From IMG/VR virus record IMGVR_UViG_3300042292_000979: a DNA stretch of 64,000 nucleotides; one strand, given 5' to 3'. Shown one piece after another: positions 1-11,200 of this stretch; positions within the stretch are counted from its first letter, which is position 1; each line of letters starts with the position of its first letter. The translations under genes and the position numbers were made by a program. Source of the DNA: a virus. The notes beneath the pieces are model-generated. The model saw nothing but the letters and a program-made list of their open reading frames with translations. It did not search any database and was not told the origin of the DNA.

Positions 1-138
1 CTTACAGAGGCAGAATCCGGCTTTAATCCATATACTGGTAAGACGTTTGTTACAACAGAGCCACAGGCTTCTAATGCTACAAAATCGGTGGTTGAGAGTC
101 CATTGGTGAACAGGACCGAAAGTACTCTGCCGAGATAA
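1..138 (+). CDS. 3' end of an upstream gene (partial, hypothetical)
   Basis: Frame 1 is open from base 1 to TAA at 136-138 (LTEAESGFNPYTG...TLPR*). Confidence 0.55.
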   Translation, partial: LTEAESGFNPYTGKTFVTTEPQASNATKSVVESPLVNRTESTLPR

Positions 139-155
139 TAATTTTAATATAGATA

Positions 156-164
156 TGATATAAT
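156..164 (+). promoter_or_regulatory. Extended -10 promoter element (TGnTATAAT)
   Basis: TGATATAAT in an AT-rich intergenic gap, upstream of an AAGGAG RBS and the ATG at 193. Confidence 0.55.
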
Positions 165-192
165 GTAACTTGAAACAATATAAGGAGAAACA

Positions 193-732
193 ATGTCTGA
201 GAAGAGAAAAGTTGTAGTTAGACAAGATAAAAAAATGGCAGAAGAAATTTCTGCTGATTCAGTTGATATTTTTTTAGAAACCGATGAACCACAAGATGGC
301 GATATCGTTGTATCAGATTATTCAGATGAGCAAATCCCTGTTGAGCAAGCTACAACAGTTGAGGAATTAGCAGATGATCAGGTTATTTTTGATAACGGTC
401 CTACAGCTGGACAAATCAAAGCATGGAAGAAGCAGTACGGTGAAGTTTACGTAACTTCTATTTCATTTGATAAGCATATCATATGGCGCGTTCTTTCTAG
501 AATCGAATATAAGCAGCTTGTTAAAAAGATGGAAACCTTAATGCAAGCTGGTCAGCTATCTAATGCAGAGGCAAATATGTGGAACGAAGAAGCAATTTCA
601 GAACTTTGCATTTTGTTCCCATCTTATGACAAGCAAGCTCTTACTGGTGACATGGCAGGTCTTCCTTCTCTGATCTCACAAGAAGTCTTAGAAGCTTCTG
701 GATTCGTTGCTTTAGAGGTTAGACAACTCTAA
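193..732 (+). CDS. Putative tail assembly chaperone
   Basis: 179 aa; acidic N-terminus, IKAWKKQYGEVY and GLPSLISQEVLEASGF motifs resemble myophage tail chaperones; lies upstream of tape-measure-like genes; strong RBS. Confidence 0.55.
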   Translation: MSEKRKVVVRQDKKMAEEISADSVDIFLETDEPQDGDIVVSDYSDEQIPVEQATTVEELADDQVIFDNGPTAGQIKAWKKQYGEVYVTSISFDKHIIWRVLSRIEYKQLVKKMETLMQAGQLSNAEANMWNEEAISELCILFPSYDKQALTGDMAGLPSLISQEVLEASGFVALEVRQL

Positions 733-733
733 G

Positions 734-1367
734 ATGTTAGATGCAGGAATTCTTTTTGAGCTAAAGAAAAAACATGGTTCAATATTTCAGACTGAAATAA
801 AACGGATCTGAAATAGTATTTAAAGAATTAACTTTTTCTGAATTTGACAAAGTTGCGGCATATAAAAGTACCGAAGGTAATTCTTCCGCCGACGCAGAAG
901 ATGAAATTATTAGGGCATCCGTAGTTTATCCTGAAGATTTTGATTTAAATAAATTTCCACCTGGAGCCATAAGTTCTTTAGCTGAGCAGATAATTGAGTT
1001 CTCTGGCTTCGCATCAGCACGCACAGCTAAGCGAATTTTAGAAGAAAAAAGAGTAATAGCTAATCATGTTAGAGGCTTAATGAAAGCCTTTGTTCTAGCT
1101 ACTATACATACAGATACTCCAGAATTTCTAGATTCGCTAACCTATTCAAAGCTAGCGGAAAGAGTTGCATTGGCAGAAAAAATAATTGAAGTTCAGCAAG
1201 CAATTGCTGGAATAGAATCCACTAATGTATCTCTATCCCTGATAGATCCTCAGGAAGAAAGAGAAAAAGAGAATCTATCAGCAGCTAGACACAATGCATC
1301 TAAGGTTGAAGGATCTGCAACATATAGTGACCCCATTGCTCAAAAACTATGGGGTATGAGCAGATAA
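734..1367 (+). CDS. Second chaperone-like paralogue (~210 aa), needs +1 shift at CGGA 803-806
   Basis: ATG 734 frame stops at TGA 809-811; the +1 frame from 804 is open and joins ORF 1080..1367; joined protein has LKKKHGSIF and GAISSLAEQIIEFSGF, matching motifs of 193..732. Confidence 0.75.
803..806 (+). other. +1 recoding site 1 (AAA CGGA TCT)
   Basis: In-frame CGG is codon 24 of the 734 gene; 0-frame stop 2 codons later. Confidence 0.75.
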
Positions 1368-1389
1368 TACAAGAGGGGGGGGGTGAAGA

Positions 1390-4300
1390 ATGCAGAGAGA
1401 TAAAGGACCAATCCATAATATTGGATTTGGCGTAACTTCTAGGGAATTCACCACCGGAGACGATACTCAGAACGGTCCATCCCCAGATTCTGGATATGTC
1501 AACAGAGCCTTAGAAGGTAGACCACTAGTAAAGATGGCTACGGCCATGATCGCTACTGGCGTTGCAGCTACAGTTGCTGGAAAGTTCGTAAGAGGTGGTG
1601 GCTTAAAAATACGGAAAAGCCCTTACTGAAAGAGCAGCAACATCTGCCGAAGGTAGCTTTATATCTAGAGCTAACTATGGTTTACTAAAAGCAAGAAGTA
1701 TACTCGATGAACTTGAGGGAGTAACTCGTTTAGAAGAGGGAAAAACAAAATTAGTTTTTGATTCCGCTGGAAAACTTCAAACAGGTTACGAAGGACATAA
1801 GAGCGTTGTTAATGCAGGTTATGCATTTAGAGCAGAAGGAAGAGGCGCTTCATCAACTGCAACATGGCATTATAGAGATGAGCTCCAACAGAGGCTAGTT
1901 CGTCAAGCTAGAAGACTACCATATGAAGTACCTGCTTTTTATGCTGCAGATAAGTATATAACTAAACCACTGTTCGGTACCGGTGAAGAAGATCTTGGAC
2001 CAAAAAAGAAATGGTATGATCCATCTAGAGGTGTAGATATAGCTAAGGATTTAGCTAAAACAACACTATTCCAAATGGGTGGATTCATGCTACCAACAGC
2101 TGCAGCTGGTGCAGCAAAAGAAAGCTCATTAAATTTTTATAGAACAGCACAAGAAAGACTCATGGCGACAAACGCTACGGGTTTTTCAAACTTAAGCGCT
2201 GGTACAGCAAAACACGCTATTTATGAAAAGTCGTTAAACCTTAAAGGAATGCTTGAAGGTGTTGGTCACGATTTATTTAGCGTATTAGATAAATCAATTA
2301 AGTTCTCAGAAAGATCATCCGGAGCTTTAGCAAGTGCATTTGTTGCAATGACAGATGTTCACAAAAACCCAGTTGCAGCTCTGTATTCGCAAAGACATGG
2401 TTCTACTCCAGCACCTGGTCTATCAAAGCCTTCTAGGAAACAAGTAATACAAAATTTAGCTAAAGATATATACAAGGGTGATAAAGCAGCAATAAATAAG
2501 ATCACAACAAGTAATAGAGTAGGTACTGTACAAGGAACAAAAATAGATTCAATGTTGGATCTAATTCCTGGTTACAAAGCTGTCAGACAAGGCGCTAAAT
2601 CAGCACATGAAGAATACCAAAAACTTTCGTTTGCTCAGTCATTCCTAGATAAGCCTGGAACAAATTGGAATAAAATACAAGAAGGTTTTGGAAAAATTCT
2701 TGGAGCCGATAAGGCAACTACAGAAGGCGCCCAATTAATTAACACCTCACTTGGTGAATCAGTACTGAACATACAAAGAAAAAGATCATCAGATGTATTT
2801 AGTCTTTTAAGAGAATTTGAAACTAAAACTGGTGGAAAAGGAGCATCAACTGATTTCATAAAGATGCTAAGGCAAGGTGCCTATAAGAGTAGATTAGAGC
2901 AGCGATTAATAGACGATGGGCTAAGTGAATCAGTTGCCAAAAAATTTAGTCAAAATCTTTCTGTTAGTGATGATATCTATAGAAAAATTTCTACAGGTGA
3001 TGATGGATTTGTAAAAGAAATAATCAGCCCAACTGAACGATTGAAAATGGGCAATGAAGATATTGTTGGAGAAGATTTTTTTGGTCAAATAATAGCTAGA
3101 TTTAATTCTGGAAAATATGGAAAGAATAATCCAATACCAGATACTTTTGATGCAGACAAACTTAAAAGAGCAGTAAGTGCAGTAGATCAATCTCTATATA
3201 GAGAGTCTATGAGAAGTAATTTAAATGTTGGCATAAATGTATCTGCAGCTCATAGTTCAGCTAGAGAAATTTTTGAAAAAGAAGTTTTTTCTTCGGTATT
3301 AAAACCGCAAAAATTAAATAGATTAAACTTCCTTGATTCAGCTGGGGATTCAATTCAGGCATCTCAAGCTAGACTTGAAATGGCTAAAAGAGCTGGAAAA
3401 GTATTTGGATTAGATGAATCAACATTGGGAGATCCAAGTCAATTAGCTAAAGCATTAGGTGCTCGTGGAATAGATATGAGAAACGCCTCTCAACTTAGAG
3501 GCTACTTAATGAATAATAAGGAAATGGTTGCCGGTCCAACATCTGGATTAGCAGGAATTTTTGGATTAAAAGGTCTTACTGTAGACGATTTTCTAGAAAG
3601 AGAAAACCTATCTTATAAAACAATTACAGATCAAATAGCAGAAGGTCCACTCCAAAAATCGCTAACTAAAAATATACTAAGTGGGGACAGCAGTGCTGAG
3701 CTAGGTATATTAAATAGAATTAAAACATCTTCTACTCAAACTACATTGAGTAATGTTAAAGGATATTATCAGTCCAGTAGTGGAGATGTAGTAAACTTTA
3801 ATCCAATTAGATCTGGACTTAGAAAAGTAACAGAAGCATTAGCTACTGAAACAAAGGTTCCAATTATTGGGATTAACCCAATGCAAATGTTGGGCTATAA
3901 AGACTTTGCTGGAATGGCAAAAGCTGGAAGATATCAAGTAACTTCAGGAGCAGCAAGCCAACCATTTGTTAAAGGATCTAAAGCAGATTTTTATACATGG
4001 CACAGTACAGGTGGATTCCTAGGAACAAAAGGAAGATTATACGAACACGCTGCTGGTGCAGCTACAGCTTTAGAAGGAACATATAGACCAATCCCAACAT
4101 CAGTTTCGTCAATGTTTACGAGCACCGCAGAACTAGCTGCTGGAAAAAGAACGCAACAAACTCGCACAGCAACAAGTTTAATAGGAAAAGTTAAAGAACG
4201 TTTAGATTACGCAGATGATCAACCAAACTCTTTATTTAGATTTTTTGGAAGATTAGTTAACAGACAGGCCGATATAGAAAACGATGCCGTAATGGCTAAA

Positions 4301-7300
4301 CTCATATCTGGTGAGATCGATGAAACATTTTCAGTTGGTGGGTTTGGAAGAAAAAAGAATTTACAATTACGCACTGAATTAGACGATGTTGGAGAAATTG
4401 CTAAATATAATTTACTTGATGTTGACTCAGGAGCACAAGTAGCATCACATTCTCAGTTAATGGAAGCATTTACTAGATTTGCAAACAGACAATTAAGCTA
4501 TGGAACTAATAAATCAGTTCAAAGAAAAGTGCTTGGTTCGTTTGGGCCTGACGAACTTGGAGGTCTTGGCGTTGATGATATTACCGGAATATCAACTCCA
4601 GCTCAAGCAAGCAGGGTATCAGAAGCCTTAGCAAATCTCTTAGAATCTCAAAGAAAATCAATGGTTCCAGGAAATGAAAATGATTTAAAAAGATATCAGG
4701 ATGTAAGTAAGGCTTTTGCTAGAATTAAATCTTTTGCAGACATAGATGATTTCTCGCAACAATCAAAGATGTTTGAAAAATCATCTAGCATTGTAACTAA
4801 AGGCGATGAAATGTCGTCAGAAGTATTCAGATTTCTTCTAGAAAGAAAAGCAATACTAACCGGCGATCCAATGACGGTAATGCAAAATGTTAGTTCTGCT
4901 ATAGATGATTTAACTGCAAGAGGGATTATATCATCTGCACAAAAAGCAGAAGCCCAAGCTTCTGCATTATCTACAATATTTAACTTAACAGCATTCGAAA
5001 CATATAAGTTCAATCCTGGAACCGGGTTGTCTGGAGTAGAAGAAAATTTAACAGGAGTCTTACAAAACCCTTTAAGAAGATTCCAAGAAACGCGAAAATT
5101 ATTAAGCGATCAATCTCTAAAAGGCTTATTAGATCCACATATTGAAGGTAACATAGTTACAACTGGTCAATCTTCAATGGTTTCTCAAATGGGTATAAAT
5201 AAACCATTTGCTGTGTTTAAGAAAAATTTGGGAATGGGAAGATATGTAGAGAAACCATCTGCAAGTCCTTTATCCGGACAATCCGGTCCAGAGACATACG
5301 CATTTGTTCCAACTTTTGGCACAGCTCTTAAGAGGAATCCAAAAGCAGCATTACTCAGCGCTGCTGGAATAAAAACATATGGAAATGAAGAAGGTTTTTC
5401 TTTAGCATCTGTTCCAATATCTCATGGTTTCAATAGATTAAATAGATACTTTGGAACTGTTGGTTCTAGTCTAGATCCAGATAATTTCCACGGTCCTCTT
5501 GATATGTATTTCAGGGGAATGAATGCAGAAAGAGTACTGCCAGCAGTTGCCATAGGTACAACTGCATTAGCTGTCGATAGAACCGTAGGCGGATATACCC
5601 AAGGAAAAGACGAAAGAGGAGAAAGAGTATATTCTCCATTTGCACTTGGTGCAGTAGCTAGAGTTGGAGTTGAAGCCCAAGCAGCAATATCTGGTGTTGT
5701 ACCTGGCGGAATGGGTTACGGACAAAAAAGACAGCAGTTATTAACTGGCGAAGTGCCAATTAAAAAGGGAAGATACTGGCCTCTAGGTAATACAAAATTT
5801 AGTGGTGGAAAGATAGAATATTACAGACCATCTTGGTATAGAAGACTACAAGGTGGAGCGATGTTTACATCAGACACTTATGGCAGTCCAATGGAAAAGA
5901 TGTTATATTACAATGACTTTTCTCCACTAAGACCATTAGACCCTTATAAGTTTGAAAAAAAACACTATCAAGATAGACCGTATCCTGTAACTGGAGAATA
6001 CTTTTCTGGACCGTTTGGTGCAGCAGTACCAGTATTAAATGCAACTATAGGAAGAATCCTAAAGCCTCAAAAGGTAATGCATAAACAGGAACTAGACAGA
6101 GCATTATCTAGCTACGTTCCAGTTGGCGCCAGCGGTGCCTACATGCCTCAGGAGGCTCCTGGCAACGTTGGATACGTAGAGCAAAGGGATCCAGCTGTTA
6201 GCTACCCAGCAGCTCGTCCAGCCGCTTATGGCGGAAAACCGCTTAGGTTTATATCTCCACTGTCAGACTACGCTGGTGCAGCAGCCTCATCTCCAATTGG
6301 AGGTATAGCTGGATCTTATAATATTTCTCGTTCAAATCAAATGCTAGCTAACAGCAGCGGACCATTAAATACCGCAAGACAGTTGGTTCGTGGTCAGTCT
6401 GGAGCGCAAAACGACGCTTTAGCAGCAGCAGCATATCAAAGAGTTCCTGTTTCATCTCAGGTTCAACCAGTTCAATTTGGTCCACCAACAGGACCTGGAA
6501 TTATGCCATCAAAAATTGTTGCAGCAGGCTTGCCAATAAGATCAGGTAGCAACGAATTCCAATCTGGAGAACTTGGTTACAGGTTGCAGGAAACATTTGG
6601 TATATATGGTTTTGCTGGTGGCAATATAAGATCTGCTCTTGGCTTTGGTTCCTATGACTTTGAACCAGACAAATCAGTTTTACAATCAGCATCAAAAGCA
6701 TATGGCACTACTAGAGCTTTTTGGGATTTAAACTTAGGTGGATTAGGAGACGTACCTCTTCAATCTGATGGTGCTCTTGGAAATATTGAAGCTTCTGAAA
6801 TAGTCAGAAGATTTATTCCAAAGGAAAGAACTAATGTTAATTTCATTAACCCTATTAAGAATACAATGGGTAAGCAGTATCCATTCCTTCCTAACAGTAG
6901 TAACTTTATTGACTTTACTACAGGTGATCCATTCACTAAGGTAAAAGAAGGTGAATTAAGATTGCCAGGTGTGGGTTACGAAAGATTTAATAGAGTTTAT
7001 TCTGATTCCAATGGAAGATACGGAGCAGTAAACCAACTTGACATTCTTGCTGACGTAGCTCCATACTCTAAAGAGTTTAGAGCTTTAAATTCAAGAATAG
7101 ATAAAATGGGATTAGGTGAAGATGAAAGAATTAAAGTTGGACAAATAAGAGCTCAGCAAAATGCTATAGCACAAAGTAAAACTGATTTTACTCCTTATAC
7201 GGATTATTCTACAGTTGAAAAAATAACTAACCCAATACGAACAATAAAAGAATCTGTACTACACACAGACAACTTTATTAACAACAAATTTACTGGAAAG

Positions 7301-8230
7301 AAAACAGCAACTGAAGATTGGGAAAGAAGAAATGTTTATGGTTCAACATTTCCTGAATGGCAAAATCCAGTTGAAAGCTTTATTAAACCAATCTATTATA
7401 AAGGAACTCAAAGAAACCCTCTCTTAGCGGCGGGAATAGGAGCAGTTGCATTTGGTTCTTTTGGTAAAACTAAAAGAATGCAAACAGCTCTTGCAACTGT
7501 AGGAGCTGTAACAGTTGGTGGTTATTCAGCTCTTCAGAAAATGAAAGAGACTAGATATATTCCAATAAATAGAAAAAAAGAATTAGCACTTGAAGAATAT
7601 GTTGATATATTAAGTTATGTAAAAAATAGAACAGCTGCAGCCAGAGCAGAAAAAGTTGGAGATATAGAATCAGCTAAACAATTTATGTTAGCTAGTAAAA
7701 AAACAATGTATGGCGCAGATCTTAATACGAAATCGATAGACCAACTTGCAGCAGCAATACCAAAAAGAAAAAGAGAACACTTTAGAGCAATGCTTGAGGC
7801 ACCTAAGGGTGAGAGAAGTAAGATATTATCTACTGCTGGAAGATTAGAAAGAAGAATATACGAAGCTGCTTGGGGAATGCCAGTAGAGAGAAAACCGGAT
7901 TTAGTAAATTATTTTACTAGACATGAACTACCTGCTGCTGGTTCTGAAGTATGGCATCCAAATACAAATATGGAACATGTAAAAATAAAAATGGGTCAAT
8001 CAATGGGTCTTGAAATGTCACAAATGGGTTACTTCCCACAGCAAGTAAAAGAAGCAAACTTAGTTAACCCTAGTTATCCCATGTTTGGGCAGGGGGGTTC
8101 TTCTCCAGAAGATGTTAGGTCTAAATTACAAAGACTTATGTTTGACATGGGAATAAATGGAAACATATCTCCAGTAATGAACAATTCAAATCCAGGTTCA
8201 GTAAATATTATGGCTGGAATAAGAGGATAA
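1390..8230 (+). CDS. Very large tape-measure-like/virion protein (~2279 aa), needs +1 shift at CGGA 1612-1615
   Basis: ORF 1390..1629 joins an open +1 frame from 1613 that runs stop-free into ORF 2075..8230; Ala/Gly-rich, with hydrophobic segments; follows the chaperone-like genes. Confidence 0.65.
1612..1615 (+). other. +1 recoding site 2 (ATA CGGA AAA)
   Basis: In-frame CGG is codon 75; 0-frame TGA 5 codons later; the +1 frame fills the 445-nt apparent gap. Confidence 0.8.
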
Positions 8231-8234
8231 TAAA

Positions 8235-11200
8235 ATGGCAGACATAAACCCTTCAACGTTAGCTCCAGGTCTTGGTCGAGAAATAAGCAAAATACCTAGA
8301 TCTGTTATAGAAAAACAGGACATCTATGCAAGAGGTTTAGTAAGATTTGATGAAGCTACTAATGACCTAATTAACACCGCAACTTCAACGCGTTATAAGA
8401 CTTTACAGGAAGCAATAAATGATACAGCTAGACTTGGTATTTCTGAAGTAAACGTATTTACTGGAACAAGAGGAGTTTTATCTCCAGACCCTTCTGGCTT
8501 TGGACCCCTTTCTGATTTAACATATAACATTAATGAATATTTAAGATTAGATAATCCAGAAGCAAAAGCATTTAAGTCAAGACACGCAGTGTTAAGTAGT
8601 CTTGAAGGAAAAAATATTGAATTAGTAAGAATTGGATATTCAGACACTACAGGCGAAACAGTAAGTCAAATGTCTCAACTGTATGACGATCTAGTAAGTT
8701 TTCCAGATTTAGATATTATGGCTGGTGGTGGTGTAGAGAAACGATTAGCAAAAGGAGACATTTTACCACCAGGATACTTGGCATCGAGAGATGGTTCTTC
8801 TATTCTTTTAAGGTTAAGATATCAAACAGATGAAGGATATAAGTACTTAAGTGGTGAAGAAACAGTTTCTTTATTCAATACATTAGATGTTCAAGATTTT
8901 AATATAGATAGATTAGCAAAACTTATAGACCCATTAGATGCTGATGGATCTATGAATCTTGGAAAAAACTCGGAACAAATATTAGGTAATCAACTTGGCA
9001 AATCTGGTAAAAGGAAATGGCAAAGTTTAGTAGAAAGAAATATGGTTATCGATCAAGAAGGAGTTGGTGATATTGTTAGTCATTTATCTAAAAGAGTAGA
9101 TAGTCAGTTTAGAAGTGTAGCTCCAAAAACTCTTGAAGATTCATATTTATTTTTTGATCCAGCTTTAGAAACAACATTAAAAGCTTTTGGCTTAGAAGAA
9201 AGCTACACCAATACATTGTTGGGAGACGCTTCACTTACTAAACAGGGAAGATTAGGTATTCTCAGGGAAAGACTTGGAACCGGCATTGCCATGGAGGGAG
9301 AAACAGCGCAATCAGCTCAGCAGTATTTTCGTTCAGCTTTAGAACTACAAGGTTTAGCTGGAGAAGATGAGTTTAATCAATTTGCAGGTGTTATACAATC
9401 ACAGTTTAGAGAAAGTATTGCAGATAAAAAAAATCAAAAAATTTCTTTAGATGACATTATATCAAGAATAGAAAAAGCGGCTGATGGAGAAGGCGTCCCT
9501 GCTGAACTTAAAGGAAAGTATCAAAGATACGTAAACGCTCTAGGTGAAATGAAAAAGATAGATGACGGTTCTGGATTTATTACCGGTGTACCCATGAAGC
9601 AACATGCAAATAGTCTAAGGTCTTCCATAAAAGAAGCTGAAGCAATACTTAGTGCTAATACTTATGCGGAAGGTAGCGATGAAGCGATTCATCTTACTGG
9701 AAAAATTCAAACTTTTAGATCTGAACTAGACAGAATCGTAACTGATTCTGATAGTTTTTTAAAAGGAGGAAAATTAGCTTTAAGAGAGTTTAAACACGAT
9801 ACAGCTAGAATGTTCATAGGAAGGGGTCAGGGTAAATCTGTTTTTGACTTAATACAAGGAGAGATGGAAGATCGTTTAGCTAACCTTGGCTACATGGGCG
9901 CTGGCTCAACTGAGCTTCTTAAGAAAGAAATTAGTTTTGCCAGATTAGCAGCGCCTGGCAGTGGGGAATTGGGCCCACATGTTGGCCAGCAAATCACTAT
10001 GCAAATAAATAAAGGGCATGGCAGGGACATGGTTTATAGTGAACCACAAGCTATGTTATTCCACAGGGAGCAATATGGTGAAGACTTTGCTAGGCAAGTT
10101 GGTGAAAGCGCTCAAATTCTCGAAGGAGAAATAAAAAACATTTCTGATGGAATTGTAAGTGAAAGATTAAGAAGGTCAATACTAAACGACGCAACTCTTG
10201 ATGTAGAGGGTATGGATACAGAAACGCTAGTTGAAAGATTTGGTAGTAGAGAAAACGCAGTTAGAATTAGAACAAATGCAAAAAATCTACAACAAGTTTT
10301 GTCATCTGGGCAAGTAAGAGTAAACGAAATACCAGAGATAGCTAATCAGTTATTAAATCAAGCTCAAAGAGAAGCATTTAGAGATGGAAAAACATATAAG
10401 AGATTTGTTGGCGGAAAAGTTCAAGACATGCCAATATTTAATTACGCAATGCCTTACGCGCAAAGACAAGCTATAGATACCGAAGGAAGAATATCAAGAG
10501 GTGTTGGCAGTAAAGTTCTTGGAGTTACAGATGACACCACGTTTAGTAGATTTACAACTAAATTTGGAGATGAATCATATAATTTATCTTTATTTAAATT
10601 TAGACACGTTGGACATAAGATGTTAGTTCCAGATATCGCCTCTTCGAGTTTAGGTTTATATGAAGCTGGTGGTGGATTCGACTTAGACGATAAATGGATA
10701 ACTAATTTACAATCAATTAAAAATAGTGAAGGTGTAAGAAAACTTGCATCATTTGCTTGGCGTCAACCAACTGGTCCTCAAGAATTTGCGCTTATGGCAC
10801 CTCATCTAGATGAAGACACTATAATGAGAATGTTTGGCGATGAAACTCAAATGGGAGAAAAGTTTAGAAGAGTTTCAAATTCGGTATCTGACATGATAAA
10901 TAATAGAACTGGATTTGTTCTTGATCTTTCTTCCGATTTAAGTGGTCAACCGTCAGCTTTAGGTATGGAGCAATTAAGTAAAGAAGAAAAAATATTTAAA
11001 TATCTTAACTCACTAGCTCATGGCTCAAAAGAAGTAGCTCAAAAATTTAAACAATCCGCTGGAGATATAACTCAAGAAGATTTAGAAAGAGCTATATTTA
11101 AGTTGGTTGACTTGAATGGAGAGCAAGGAGCTTCAGTCGAGCTATTTACGGGTCAAGCAAGTGTTAATGTAGATGATTTCGCAAGGGAATATATGGGTGC

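Noticed and set aside
797-1615. Explaining sites 1 and 2 as extra A in A-runs (ATAAAAC, TTAAAAAT)
   Set aside because: Possible in isolation, but both runs abut an in-frame CGGA exactly like the sites without A-runs, so the shared explanation is more parsimonious.
1630-2074. Apparent intergenic gaps (also 812-1079, 26461-26596, 46986-47199) as ncRNA, intron or regulatory regions
   Set aside because: Each is fully open in the +1 frame with normal codon usage and joins the downstream ORF.
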